Below are positions 18,747-27,300 of a stretch of DNA of 64,000 nucleotides, piece by piece. Position 1 is the stretch's first letter; every line of letters begins with the position of its first letter. This DNA is from an uncultured Actinomycetota bacterium (lineage in GTDB: Bacteria > Actinomycetota > Actinomycetes > JAHEKZ01), in NCBI GenBank assembly GCA_963718235.1, contig CAVQYR010000002.1:448001-512000 (forward strand), written 5' to 3'. The notes below the pieces were generated by a model. The model saw only the letters and a program-made list of their open reading frames with translations. It did no database searches and was not told the origin of the DNA. The translations under genes were made by a program, and so were the position numbers.

Positions 18747-19798
18747 TGCACCGACGCACCGCCGCCCTGCTGACGTCGGCAGGCCTGACCGTTGCCTTCG
18801 TGGGGGCCATGTCCTGGCTGCCCGTGCCCTACGTCGCCCTCAGCCCCGGTCCGGTGTTCAACGCGCTGGGTGACCTGGACGGACGTCCGGTCGTCTCGGT
18901 GTCTGGGGCGTCGACGTTCCCGACCGAGGGAACCCTCGACGCCACCACGGTGTACGAGACCGGTGGTCCCGGGAGCTCGCTGAGCCTGGTGGCTGCCCTG
19001 AAGGGGTGGATCGACCCGGCGGTCGCGGTGGTCCCGCGTGAGCTGATGCACCCGGAGGAGGAGAGCGAGAAGGACGCCGAGCAGCAGGGCGCGCAGCAGA
19101 TGACGTTCTCCCAGCAGGACGCCGTGGCGGCCGCGCTGCTCTACCTGGACAAGCCGGTGCGCCGAGTGGTGCAGGTGCAGTCCGTCATCGACGACAGCCC
19201 CGCTGCGGGCAAGATCGAGCCTGCGGACCGGATCGTTGCGGTGGACGGCAAGCGGGTCCGTGGCCCCGAGCAGGTCCGTCGGCTGGTCTCGAGCCGCGAG
19301 CCGGGCGACCCGGTCGAGCTGACCGTGCTGCGCGGTACGGAGCGGCTGACCGTCGAGCTGGTCACCGAGGAGTCACCCGACGAGCCGGGCCGGGCTGTGG
19401 TCGGGGTCGTGCCCGGAGTTGGTTACGTCAGCCCGATCGACGTCACGATCCGCCTCGGTGGTGTCGGTGGCCCGAGCGCCGGACTCGTCTTCGCTCTCGC
19501 CGTCATCGACAAGCTGACCCCGGGTTCGCTCGGTGGCGACGCGCAGGTCGCCGGCACGGGGACGATCGACTCGGCCGGCAAGGTCGGGCCGATCGGTGGC
19601 ATCGAGCAGAAGATGCACGGAGCCAGGAGCGACGGCGCCCAGTTCTTCCTGGCACCGGGCGACAACTGCACCGACGTGGTCGGAGCGATCCCTGACGGGC
19701 TGCAGGTGGTCCGGGTCGACACCCTCGACGACGCGGTCCAGTCCCTCGAGAAGATCGCGCAGGGGGACACCACCGCCCTGCCCTCCTGCGCGGCGTAG
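18746..19798 (+). CDS. PDZ domain + Lon-like (S16) protease, YlbL family
   Basis: PVPYVALSPGP, PDZ segment, GGPSAGL (catalytic Ser), GTGTI..GPIGGIEQK. Confidence 0.9.
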   Translation: MHRRTAALLTSAGLTVAFVGAMSWLPVPYVALSPGPVFNALGDLDGRPVVSVSGASTFPTEGTLDATTVYETGGPGSSLSLVAALKGWIDPAVAVVPRELMHPEEESEKDAEQQGAQQMTFSQQDAVAAALLYLDKPVRRVVQVQSVIDDSPAAGKIEPADRIVAVDGKRVRGPEQVRRLVSSREPGDPVELTVLRGTERLTVELVTEESPDEPGRAVVGVVPGVGYVSPIDVTIRLGGVGGPSAGLVFALAVIDKLTPGSLGGDAQVAGTGTIDSAGKVGPIGGIEQKMHGARSDGAQFFLAPGDNCTDVVGAIPDGLQVVRVDTLDDAVQSLEKIAQGDTTALPSCAA

Positions 19799-19826
19799 CG
19801 CAGCGGGTCGAGGACCTGGCTCAGGG

Positions 19827-20354
19827 TCAGCCGAAGGTGCCCATCAGCGCCTGTCCCAGGGTCTCGACGAGGTCAGGGGCGTCGACTACGTCGTCGTCGT
19901 GGTCGTGACGCCGCCACCGCAGGGCTGCCGACGTCTCACCGGAGCGCAGCGCCGCCACGACCACCCGCAGCTCCTGGCGCGCGGGGTGGTGGAGGGCCGC
20001 CTGCTGGGCCATCAGCGGGTCGTCCGGTACGACGGCCCCTTCAGGGAGCATGAACATCTCCAGTGCGATCGCTGCGCCGTCGACGTCGTCGGGCCAGGCG
20101 ATGGCCGACAGCAGCTCGACCGGGTCGGTGTGCGCGGGCAGCCCGTCCTGCTCGACGGGGGTCAGCGAGCCAAGGGTGACATCGTCACTGGCGACCAGCT
20201 GTTCGGCCAGTGCCGGCTCTCTGCGCAGCAGGGCCGCGGTGTCGACCAGGGCGAACAGCCGAGTCGGTTGGTCCCACCCGGTCGACGCGACGAAGCGCTC
20301 GATCTCCCGGGTGGCGCTGTGCACGGCATCCGGTGCAGGTTGCGAAGCGGTCAC
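19827..20354 (-). CDS. PPA1309-family conserved actinobacterial protein
   Basis: EIERFVASTGWDQPTRLFALVDT, IAWPDDVDG, HPARQELR. Confidence 0.8.
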   Translation of the reverse strand: MTASQPAPDAVHSATREIERFVASTGWDQPTRLFALVDTAALLRREPALAEQLVASDDVTLGSLTPVEQDGLPAHTDPVELLSAIAWPDDVDGAAIALEMFMLPEGAVVPDDPLMAQQAALHHPARQELRVVVAALRSGETSAALRWRRHDHDDDVVDAPDLVETLGQALMGTFG

Positions 20355-20427
20355 GAGTTCATCCTGCCCGACGCCTGCGTGTCAGGGCCGAGGCGCAGGC
20401 GGCTCCACGTGCGGTTACGGTGGGGTG

Positions 20428-23394
20428 GTGACGTTCCAGACGCCGCCGCCTGCTGCCCCCGCCAGCCCGGCCCCGGCCCCTTCCCGCCGTAACCGTGCCC
20501 TGCTGCCGACGGTGGTGGTGGTCGGACTGCTGGTGGTCGGCTTCCTGCTGTTCGTCAGCTTCTACACCGACTGGTTGTGGTTCTCCGAGGTGGGGTTCAC
20601 CTCCGTCTTCACCAAGTCGCTGGTGACCCGGTTCGCGCTGTTCGCCGCGTTCTTCGCCGTCATGTTCGGCGGCGTCGTCCTCAACGGCTACCTTGCCTAC
20701 CGGTACCGGCCGCCCTTCCGCTCGATCTCCCTGGAGCAGCAGAGCCTCGACCGCTACCGGGTCGCCATCGACCCCTTCCGGAGGACCCTGCTGATCGCAC
20801 TCGGTGCGATGCTCGGCTTCTTCCTCGGGCTCTCGGCCGTCGCCGAGTGGCAGACCGTGTTGGCCTGGCTCAACCGGACCGCATTCGGCGTCGTCGACCC
20901 GCACTTCAAGTGGGACCTCTCGTTCTACACCTTCACCCTGCCCTGGCTGCGGTTCGTCCTCGGGGCGCTGATGTGGGTCGTGGCCATCTCAGCGGCCGTC
21001 GCGGCGGTGGTCCACTACCTGTACGGGGGGTTCCGGCTCCAGACGCCGGGCGAGAAGACCACCCCGGCGGCGCGCGCCCACCTGTCGATCCTGATCGGCC
21101 TGTTCGTGCTGCTCAAGGCCTTCGCGTACTTCCTCGACCGCTACGAGCTGCTGGTGTCCAACTTCAACCCAGACCTCACGGGTGCGGGGTACACCGAGAT
21201 CAACGCCGTCCTCCCGGCCAAGAACATCCTGATGGTCATTGCGGTCATCTGCTCCCTGCTGTTCTTCGCCAACGTGTTCCGCCGCACGTGGTCGCTGGCC
21301 GTGCTCGGCCTCGGCCTGCTCGTGGTCAGCGCCTTCGTCATCGGCGGCGTGTATCCGGCACTTGTGCAGCGCTTCACTGTGCAGCCCAGCGCCGTCCAGA
21401 AGCAGCAGCCGTACATCGAGGACAACATCGCGTCCACCCGGCAGGCGTACCAGCTCGACGGGATCGAGAAGGAGGCGTACTCGGGGATCATCGACGCCAC
21501 CAAGAAGAACTTCGCAGCGTCACGAGGCACCATCAACAACGTGCGACTGATGGACCCGTCCCTGCTTGCGCCTACCTACGACCAGCTGCAGCAGATCCGT
21601 GGGTACTACGGCTTCCAGGAACCGTTGGACATCGGACGGTACAACCTCACCGAGCAACAGCAGAGCGTCGTCGTCTCGGTGCGTGAGCTCGACCTCGACG
21701 GTGTTCCCGAGGCGCAGCGCAACTGGATCAACGAGCACCTCGTCTACACGCACGGGTACGGCATCGTGGCGGCACCCGACGACACGGTCACGGCAAACGG
21801 TGAACCCGACTTCATCGAGTACGACATCCCACCGCAGGGAGTGCTGGACGTCGAGGAACCACGGGTCTACTACGGCGAGCTCTCGCCGAGCTACTCCATC
21901 GTCGGTGCCGGCGAGGGTGACGGTGCACGTGAGCTCGACTACCCGGACGACACCACGGAGTCAGGGCAGCGCAACAACACCTATGACGGCGGGGGAGGGG
22001 TCCCGATCGGGTCCTTCTTCAACAAGCTGGTGTTCGCCACGAAGTACCAGGAGGGGAACATCCTGTTCTCCGACCTGGTGAACGAGAACTCCCGGATCCT
22101 CTACAACCGCGAGCCCCGTGAGCGGGTCCAGGCGGTTGCGCCGTGGCTGACCCTGGACGCCGACCCGTACCCGGCCGTGATCAACGGACGGATCACCTGG
22201 ATCATCGACGGCTACACGACCACCGACGGAATCCCCTACTCCGAGCGGGTGCCCTTCGGCGACGTCACCACCGACGCACTGACCGCACAGCAGAACCTGG
22301 GACAGCCCCTTCCGCGCGAGCAGATCAACTACATCCGCAACTCAGTGAAGGCGACCGTCGACGCCTACGACGGAACCGTGACCCTGTACGAGTGGGACGA
22401 GTCCGACCCGGTTCTGCAGACCTGGATGAAGGCCTTCCCAGGAAGTGTTCAGCCAAAGTCGGAGATCAGCCCAGACCTGTTGCAGCACCTGCGCTACCCC
22501 GAGGACCTGTTCAAGGTTCAGCGCGAGCTGTACGCCTCGTACCACGTCACCGACCCTTCGACGTTCTTCTCCGGCAACGACCTGTGGCAGGTGCCCGCCG
22601 ACCCGACGGTCGAGGCCGACGTCGCCCAGCCGCCGTACTACTTGACGATGCAGATGCCGGACCAGACCCAGCCGACGTTCTCCTTGACGACGCCACTTGC
22701 GCCGAACAAGCGCGAGACGCTGGCTGCCTTCATGGCTGTCAACAGTGATCCGCTCTCGGCGGACTACGGGACCATCAGGGTGCTCGAGCTGGGCCGCAAC
22801 ACTTCCCTGCCTGGACCGAGTCAGATGCAGAACCAGTTCACCTCCGACACCACGGTGGCTGAGCAGCTTCGTCTGCTCCAGGGAGGAAGCTCCCAGGTCG
22901 AGCTCGGCAACCTGCTGTCGCTCCCGGTGGCTGGAGGGTTCATCTACGTGGAGCCGGTCTACGTCCGGGCCACCTCGGGTGTGGCCCCCTACCCACTGCT
23001 GCGCAAGGTGCTGGTCTCCTTCGGCAGCGAGGTTGCCATGGAGGACACGTTCGAGGAGTCACTCGCGTCCTTGGTCGAGCAGTCGGGTGGGTCGTTCGAT
23101 CCAGGCGGTGGCAGCGGCGGTGGCAGCGGTGGCGGTGGTTCGGACCAGACCGCCCAGGAGCAGCTGGTCCAGGCACTGCGCGACGCCGAGCAGGCTTACG
23201 CCGACGGTCAAGCGGCGCTGCGTGCGGGCGACTTCACCGCCTACGGGGCGGCGCAGGACCGACTCGAGGCCGCCCTCGAGCGTGCGGACGCCGCAGCCCA
23301 GGAGCTGGGGGTCGCGCCACCGAGCGACACAGTGACGCCGGGCGAGTCACCGTCGCCGTCGGCGACCGCGACGACAGCGTCCGACATCGCCTGA
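20428..23394 (+). CDS. UPF0182 family membrane protein
   Basis: YTDWLWF, DPHF..DLSFY, HLVYTHGYG, NYIRNSVKATVDAYDG, LRYPEDLFKVQR; start at GTG 20428. Confidence 0.92.
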   Translation: MTFQTPPPAAPASPAPAPSRRNRALLPTVVVVGLLVVGFLLFVSFYTDWLWFSEVGFTSVFTKSLVTRFALFAAFFAVMFGGVVLNGYLAYRYRPPFRSISLEQQSLDRYRVAIDPFRRTLLIALGAMLGFFLGLSAVAEWQTVLAWLNRTAFGVVDPHFKWDLSFYTFTLPWLRFVLGALMWVVAISAAVAAVVHYLYGGFRLQTPGEKTTPAARAHLSILIGLFVLLKAFAYFLDRYELLVSNFNPDLTGAGYTEINAVLPAKNILMVIAVICSLLFFANVFRRTWSLAVLGLGLLVVSAFVIGGVYPALVQRFTVQPSAVQKQQPYIEDNIASTRQAYQLDGIEKEAYSGIIDATKKNFAASRGTINNVRLMDPSLLAPTYDQLQQIRGYYGFQEPLDIGRYNLTEQQQSVVVSVRELDLDGVPEAQRNWINEHLVYTHGYGIVAAPDDTVTANGEPDFIEYDIPPQGVLDVEEPRVYYGELSPSYSIVGAGEGDGARELDYPDDTTESGQRNNTYDGGGGVPIGSFFNKLVFATKYQEGNILFSDLVNENSRILYNREPRERVQAVAPWLTLDADPYPAVINGRITWIIDGYTTTDGIPYSERVPFGDVTTDALTAQQNLGQPLPREQINYIRNSVKATVDAYDGTVTLYEWDESDPVLQTWMKAFPGSVQPKSEISPDLLQHLRYPEDLFKVQRELYASYHVTDPSTFFSGNDLWQVPADPTVEADVAQPPYYLTMQMPDQTQPTFSLTTPLAPNKRETLAAFMAVNSDPLSADYGTIRVLELGRNTSLPGPSQMQNQFTSDTTVAEQLRLLQGGSSQVELGNLLSLPVAGGFIYVEPVYVRATSGVAPYPLLRKVLVSFGSEVAMEDTFEESLASLVEQSGGSFDPGGGSGGGSGGGGSDQTAQEQLVQALRDAEQAYADGQAALRAGDFTAYGAAQDRLEAALERADAAAQELGVAPPSDTVTPGESPSPSATATTASDIA

Positions 23395-23494
23395 CGGCGT
23401 TCGACCAGGCCCCGGCGTTGCTCGGCACGGGTACCGGTTTGGTCGTGGGGGCCCGCTTCGCCTAGAGTGTGCGCAGCACGTGACGACGTGTCGG

Positions 23495-23571
23495 CGCGGG
23501 GTGGAGCAGCTCGGTAGCTCGCTGGGCTCATAACCCAGAGGTCGCAGGTTCAAATCCTGCCCCCGCTACCA
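23495..23571 (+). tRNA. tRNA-fMet (CAT, initiator type)
   Basis: CGCGGGGTGGAGCAGCTCGGTAGCTCGCTGGGCTCATAACCCAGAGGTCGCAGGTTCAAATCCTGCCCCCGCTACCA; unpaired 1:72 and GGG/CCC anticodon stem. Confidence 0.97.
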
Positions 23572-23580
23572 ATGTTTTCG

Positions 23581-23619
23581 CAGGTCAGGGCCATGATCAT
23601 TGATCATGGCCCTGACCTG
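23581..23619. terminator. Perfect 19-bp inverted repeat after the tRNA
   Basis: CAGGTCAGGGCCATGATCA-T-TGATCATGGCCCTGACCTG; a related copy lies at about 26769-26802. Confidence 0.8.
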
Positions 23620-23621
23620 TG

Positions 23622-23652
23622 TGTAGGCAAAATGTCGGCAACCCTGCCGACA
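23622..23652. repeat. Integrase arm-type-like repeats (left end, element 1)
   Basis: TGTAGGCA 23622, TGTCGGCA 23633, inverted TGCCGACA 23645. Confidence 0.7.
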
Positions 23653-23793
23653 CGGGACACCGTCTCGGTTGGCGCAGAAGCCGGTTTGCTCGACGCTGGT
23701 GCACGTCCGGAGACACTCGTGGACGACACGTCTGCGCCGGCGGCGCGTTTGCGCCGGTTGACCTCTGGGTCGAAAACCCAGGAGTCGCCGAAG

Positions 23794-23856
23794 GTGGTCG
23801 CTCACGGCGTCAACCGTCGCGGTGACCGGCGCGACGACCGTCGCGATCGCCGTTAG
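23794..23856 (+). pseudogene. 3' fragment of a small Arg/Asp-rich protein gene (paralog of 51696-51833)
   Basis: VVAHGVNRRGDRRDDRRDRR* versus VVAHGHNRRADRRDDRGDRREDRRDR*; the N-terminal half is missing. Confidence 0.65.
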
Positions 23857-23874
23857 CACACCGACGGGAGTGGG

Positions 23875-26226
23875 CTACTGGCGGGCCAGATGTGCTCGTA
23901 GCTCGGCTTCGGGGTCGACGATCAGTTCCCCGCTGACGTCCACGACCACTTGCTCGAGGCGGCCGGTGAACTTGAACGGGCTCGGGTACGCCGGGGTCAC
24001 CGGGGACCCCGGGTTGTGGCCGCAGCTGACGCCGCCGGGGTTGAACATGAACGGCGTGGTGTAGGGGGCGTCGGCGCTGGCGACCAGTGAACCGTCGACG
24101 TACAGCTGGAGCCGTCCGGGGGCGCCCCGGCCGTGCGGCAGGTCGGCCTCGCCGGTGGGCTCGAACTCGAAGCGAAGCTCGTGGCGCCCGGCCGGGAGCG
24201 GGTCGGGCGAGGAGACGGTGAACCGCTCCCGCGCAACGTAGTTGTGGACGTAGTGCAGCCGGCCGTCCTTGACATACAGCGAGTAGCCACCGGCGGCCGT
24301 CCCCTGGCAGAACAGGACGCCCTCGGCACCCCCCTCCGGGATGTCCACGGTCGCGCTGATGCTGTGCGGACGGTTGTGCAGGCGCGGGGCAGCGAAGTTG
24401 GGGATCGACTGGGTGCCCGGCCGGTAGGTGTACTGGTTCCGCGGCAACGCGACATGCGGCTTCTCGACTGTCATCCGGGCCAGGCCGCTGCCATCGACTG
24501 GCATGACCTGGTACTTGCCGGCTTCGACGTACCAGGTCCCGATCAGCTCGATGAGCTTCTCGCGGTTCTCGGTGGCGAGGTTGTGGTTCTCCGCCGGGTC
24601 CTCGTCGATGTGGTATAGCTCCCAGCCGGTGGCGTCGAGCTTCGTCAACGTCTCGGCCGAGATGGGGTTGCCGAAGCCGGTGCCTGCCTCGGCGAACGAC
24701 GGGCCCGGCCACGGGCAGACGGCACGCCAGCCGTCCTTGTAAATGGCCCGGTGGCCCAGCATCTCGAAGTACTGGGTGTGGTGCCGGCTGGGCGCCGCCG
24801 GGTCGTCGAGCGCGTGGGCGAAGCTGACGCCCTGGATCGGCGACTGCGTGACGCCGCGGATCGCCGTCGGCGGCTCCACGCCGAGGAGGTCGAGGACTGT
24901 CGGCACCATGTCGATGATGTGGGTGTACTGCGAGCGCACCTCGCCACGCGCCTTGACACCGGCCGGCCAGGACACAATGAACGGGTCGCTGGAGCCGCCG
25001 CGGTAGGTCTCGCGCTTCCAGCGCCGGAACGGCGTGTTGCCGGCGAATGTCCAGCCCCACGGGTAGTGGTTGAAGTGCTCGGGGCCGCCGATCTTGTCGA
25101 TGACGGCCAGGCTCTCCTCGAGCGTCTCCTGGGCGTTGTTGAAGAACTGCGCCTCGTTGGTCGTTCCGCCCGGGCCGCCTTCGGCACTGGCACCGTTATC
25201 GCTGATAACCATGACGATCGTGTTGTCGAGGATGCCCTGCTCGCGCAGGAAAGCGAGCAGCCGGCCAAGGTGGTGGTCGGTATGGCTGAGGAACCCCGCG
25301 AACACCTCCATCATGCGCGCGTAGAGCCTCCGCGCCTCCGGCGACAGGGACTCCCACTCCGGCACGTCCGGGTCGTGGCGGGACAGCTCGGCGTCCGCCG
25401 CCAGGATGCCCAGCTCCTTCTGCCGGGCGAACACCTTCTCCCGGTAGGCATCCCAGCCGTCGTCGAACTGGCCGGCGTACCGGTCGGCCCACTCCTTGGG
25501 CACGTGGTGCGGGGCGTGGGTCGCCCCGAAGCACAGGTGCAGATAGAACGGCTTGGCGGGATCGATCTGGCGCAGGTCGGTGATGAACTCGATCGACTTG
25601 TCGACGAGGTCCTCGGTCAGGTGGTAACCCTCCTCCGGTGTCCGGGGCGGCTCGACCGGGTGGTTGTCATAGACCAGCTCGGGGTACCACTGGCTGGTGT
25701 CGCCGCCCAAGAACCCGTAGAAGCGCTGGAAGCCGCGTCCCAGCGGCCACCGGTCGTACGGGCCGGCGGCGGTCTCATAGACGCTCGGCGTCAGGTGCCA
25801 CTTGCCAACCATGTACGTGCCGTAGCCCTGCTCGACGAGCATCTCCGACAGCATGCCGTTCTCGAACGGCATGATGCCGTTGTAGCCCGGGTAGCCGGTG
25901 GCGAACTCGGTGATGCATGCCATGCCGTTGCTGTGATGGTTGCGCCCCGTCACGATGCACGACCGGCTCGGCGAGCACAGCGCCGTCGTGTGCATGTTCG
26001 AAAACCGTAGCCCGCCCGCCGCAAGCGCATCGAAGTTCGGCGTCTGGATCGGGCTCCCGTAGCACCCCAGTTGGCCGAAACCCGTGTCGTCCAACACCAC
26101 GAACAACACGTTCGGCGCGTCCGCCCGAGCTCGCGTTGGCGCCGGCCACGCCGCAGACGACTCCTCCGCCGTACGACCGATCACACCCGGAAACGGCCGA
26201 CCCGAGTCGTACTCAACGACCGCCAT
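23875..26226 (-). CDS. Arylsulfatase (Cys-type, long AtsA/B/D-like)
   Basis: PNVLFVVLDDTG, LCSPSRSCIVTGR (CxPxR), GKWH, SDNGAS; SD GGAGG before ATG 26226. Confidence 0.92.
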   Translation of the reverse strand: MAVVEYDSGRPFPGVIGRTAEESSAAWPAPTRARADAPNVLFVVLDDTGFGQLGCYGSPIQTPNFDALAAGGLRFSNMHTTALCSPSRSCIVTGRNHHSNGMACITEFATGYPGYNGIMPFENGMLSEMLVEQGYGTYMVGKWHLTPSVYETAAGPYDRWPLGRGFQRFYGFLGGDTSQWYPELVYDNHPVEPPRTPEEGYHLTEDLVDKSIEFITDLRQIDPAKPFYLHLCFGATHAPHHVPKEWADRYAGQFDDGWDAYREKVFARQKELGILAADAELSRHDPDVPEWESLSPEARRLYARMMEVFAGFLSHTDHHLGRLLAFLREQGILDNTIVMVISDNGASAEGGPGGTTNEAQFFNNAQETLEESLAVIDKIGGPEHFNHYPWGWTFAGNTPFRRWKRETYRGGSSDPFIVSWPAGVKARGEVRSQYTHIIDMVPTVLDLLGVEPPTAIRGVTQSPIQGVSFAHALDDPAAPSRHHTQYFEMLGHRAIYKDGWRAVCPWPGPSFAEAGTGFGNPISAETLTKLDATGWELYHIDEDPAENHNLATENREKLIELIGTWYVEAGKYQVMPVDGSGLARMTVEKPHVALPRNQYTYRPGTQSIPNFAAPRLHNRPHSISATVDIPEGGAEGVLFCQGTAAGGYSLYVKDGRLHYVHNYVARERFTVSSPDPLPAGRHELRFEFEPTGEADLPHGRGAPGRLQLYVDGSLVASADAPYTTPFMFNPGGVSCGHNPGSPVTPAYPSPFKFTGRLEQVVVDVSGELIVDPEAELRAHLARQ

Positions 26227-26564
26227 CGCAAGCCTCCGCATCCGCTGGTCAACAGGGCGGTCAACCCCGACTCGAACTCGACCACGGACCCAGTCGCACG
26301 GTCAAGGGGCCCAGGTCCCCCCGAGTGCGAAGCCCCGATGGCACGCTGACCGTCAAGACCGCTCTGGCAGTTCCGACCCTGAGGCGGGCGGCTCACGACC
26401 CACGCCGTCGCACACCTGATTACGCCTCTCGTGATGGCAAGTCGATCGCCGGGGCCCGCGACTCCGCGTCGACGGGCTTCGTATGCGGGACGTCCGCCGG
26501 CGTCGGAGGCGCTCTGTCGAAGGCCGCGTCGAGCGAAGAAGTCAGCCGGGAGGCAGGTTCGCCA

Positions 26565-26583
26565 TGTCGGCAGAATGTCGGCA
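26565..26583. repeat. Integrase arm-type-like direct repeats (right end, element 1)
   Basis: TGTCGGCA-GAA-TGTCGGCA at 26565 and 26576, with the same 11-nt period as the left end. Confidence 0.7.
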
Positions 26584-26713
26584 ACACATGCGCGGACGTG
26601 GCTGGATGCCAGGCGACGCCGACAGGCGTGGGTGGGGCTGTCACCTGCGACGACGGTCCTTCCACGACCGTCCCCGAGCGTCCAGGGCTGCTCGTTGGCC
26701 CGGGTGCTTCTGC

Positions 26714-26760
26714 GGCTCATAACCCAGAGGTCGCAGGTTCAAATCCTGCCCCCGCTACCA
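26714..26760 (+). repeat. att core: duplicated 3' 47 nt of tRNA-fMet
   Basis: GGCTCATAACCCAGAGGTCGCAGGTTCAAATCCTGCCCCCGCTACCA, identical to 23525-23571. Confidence 0.95.
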
Positions 26761-26975
26761 CGTTTACGCAGGTCAGGGCCATGATCAGTGATCATGGCCC
26801 TGTATCAGTGTTGGCAGAATGTCGGCAAGCCTGCCGACACGGGGACCGCGCCGACACCGGGTTGACGCCGGTCCGCTCGACGCTGATGGACGTGCGGGGA
26901 CGCTCGTGGACGTCCTGTTTGCTCCGGCGGGCTGCAAGGCCGTTTGACCTCTGGGTCGCTACCCCACGGATCTCC
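26761..26975 (+). mobile_element. Left arm of a second, related tRNA-integrated element
   Basis: Collinear diverged copy of 23572-~23790: hairpin, TGTTGGCA/TGTCGGCA/TGCCGACA at 26809-26839, GCTCGACGCTG, CTCGTGGACG, TTGACCTCTGGGTCG. Confidence 0.75.
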
Positions 26976-27300
26976 GAACCACCCCTGACCCGTGCGGTCC
27001 CTGCGTCATGTCGGTACGTCACGCGCGCCACCATGCTCAGTAGGGCGACGCGGCCACTGCGGAACAACCGAGAGATAAGGTGAACGTGGTGCGCCGGGAA
27101 GTCTGGTCGGCAGTCATGTCGTCGACCCCTAGGGGCCCTGTGTTGACTCGTTCCGCTTTGACTGGCTCGCGACGAGAAGCGCGACGCCGGGCACGCCGCC
27201 TCTCGAACCTCGCGGTTCGTGTCCGTACCCGGTCGTTTGAGGACGCGACTCGGACGGGTCGCACCTCCTGCACCGGCACGAGCGCGACACAGGTCACCTG

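Larger units (their letters stand above)
23572..26760. mobile_element. Small tRNA-integrated element/islet without integrase (arylsulfatase cargo)
   Basis: Bounded by a 47-bp direct repeat (23525-23571 = 26714-26760), with TGTCGGCA repeats inside both ends. Confidence 0.75.

Noticed and set aside
26420-26665. Integrase remnant next to the att site
   Set aside because: No tyrosine-recombinase catalytic motif is visible; kept only as an unidentified gene tail.
26714-26760. Second tRNA-Met gene
   Set aside because: Only the 3' 47 nt are present; the acceptor 5' strand and D-arm are missing, so it is an att duplication.
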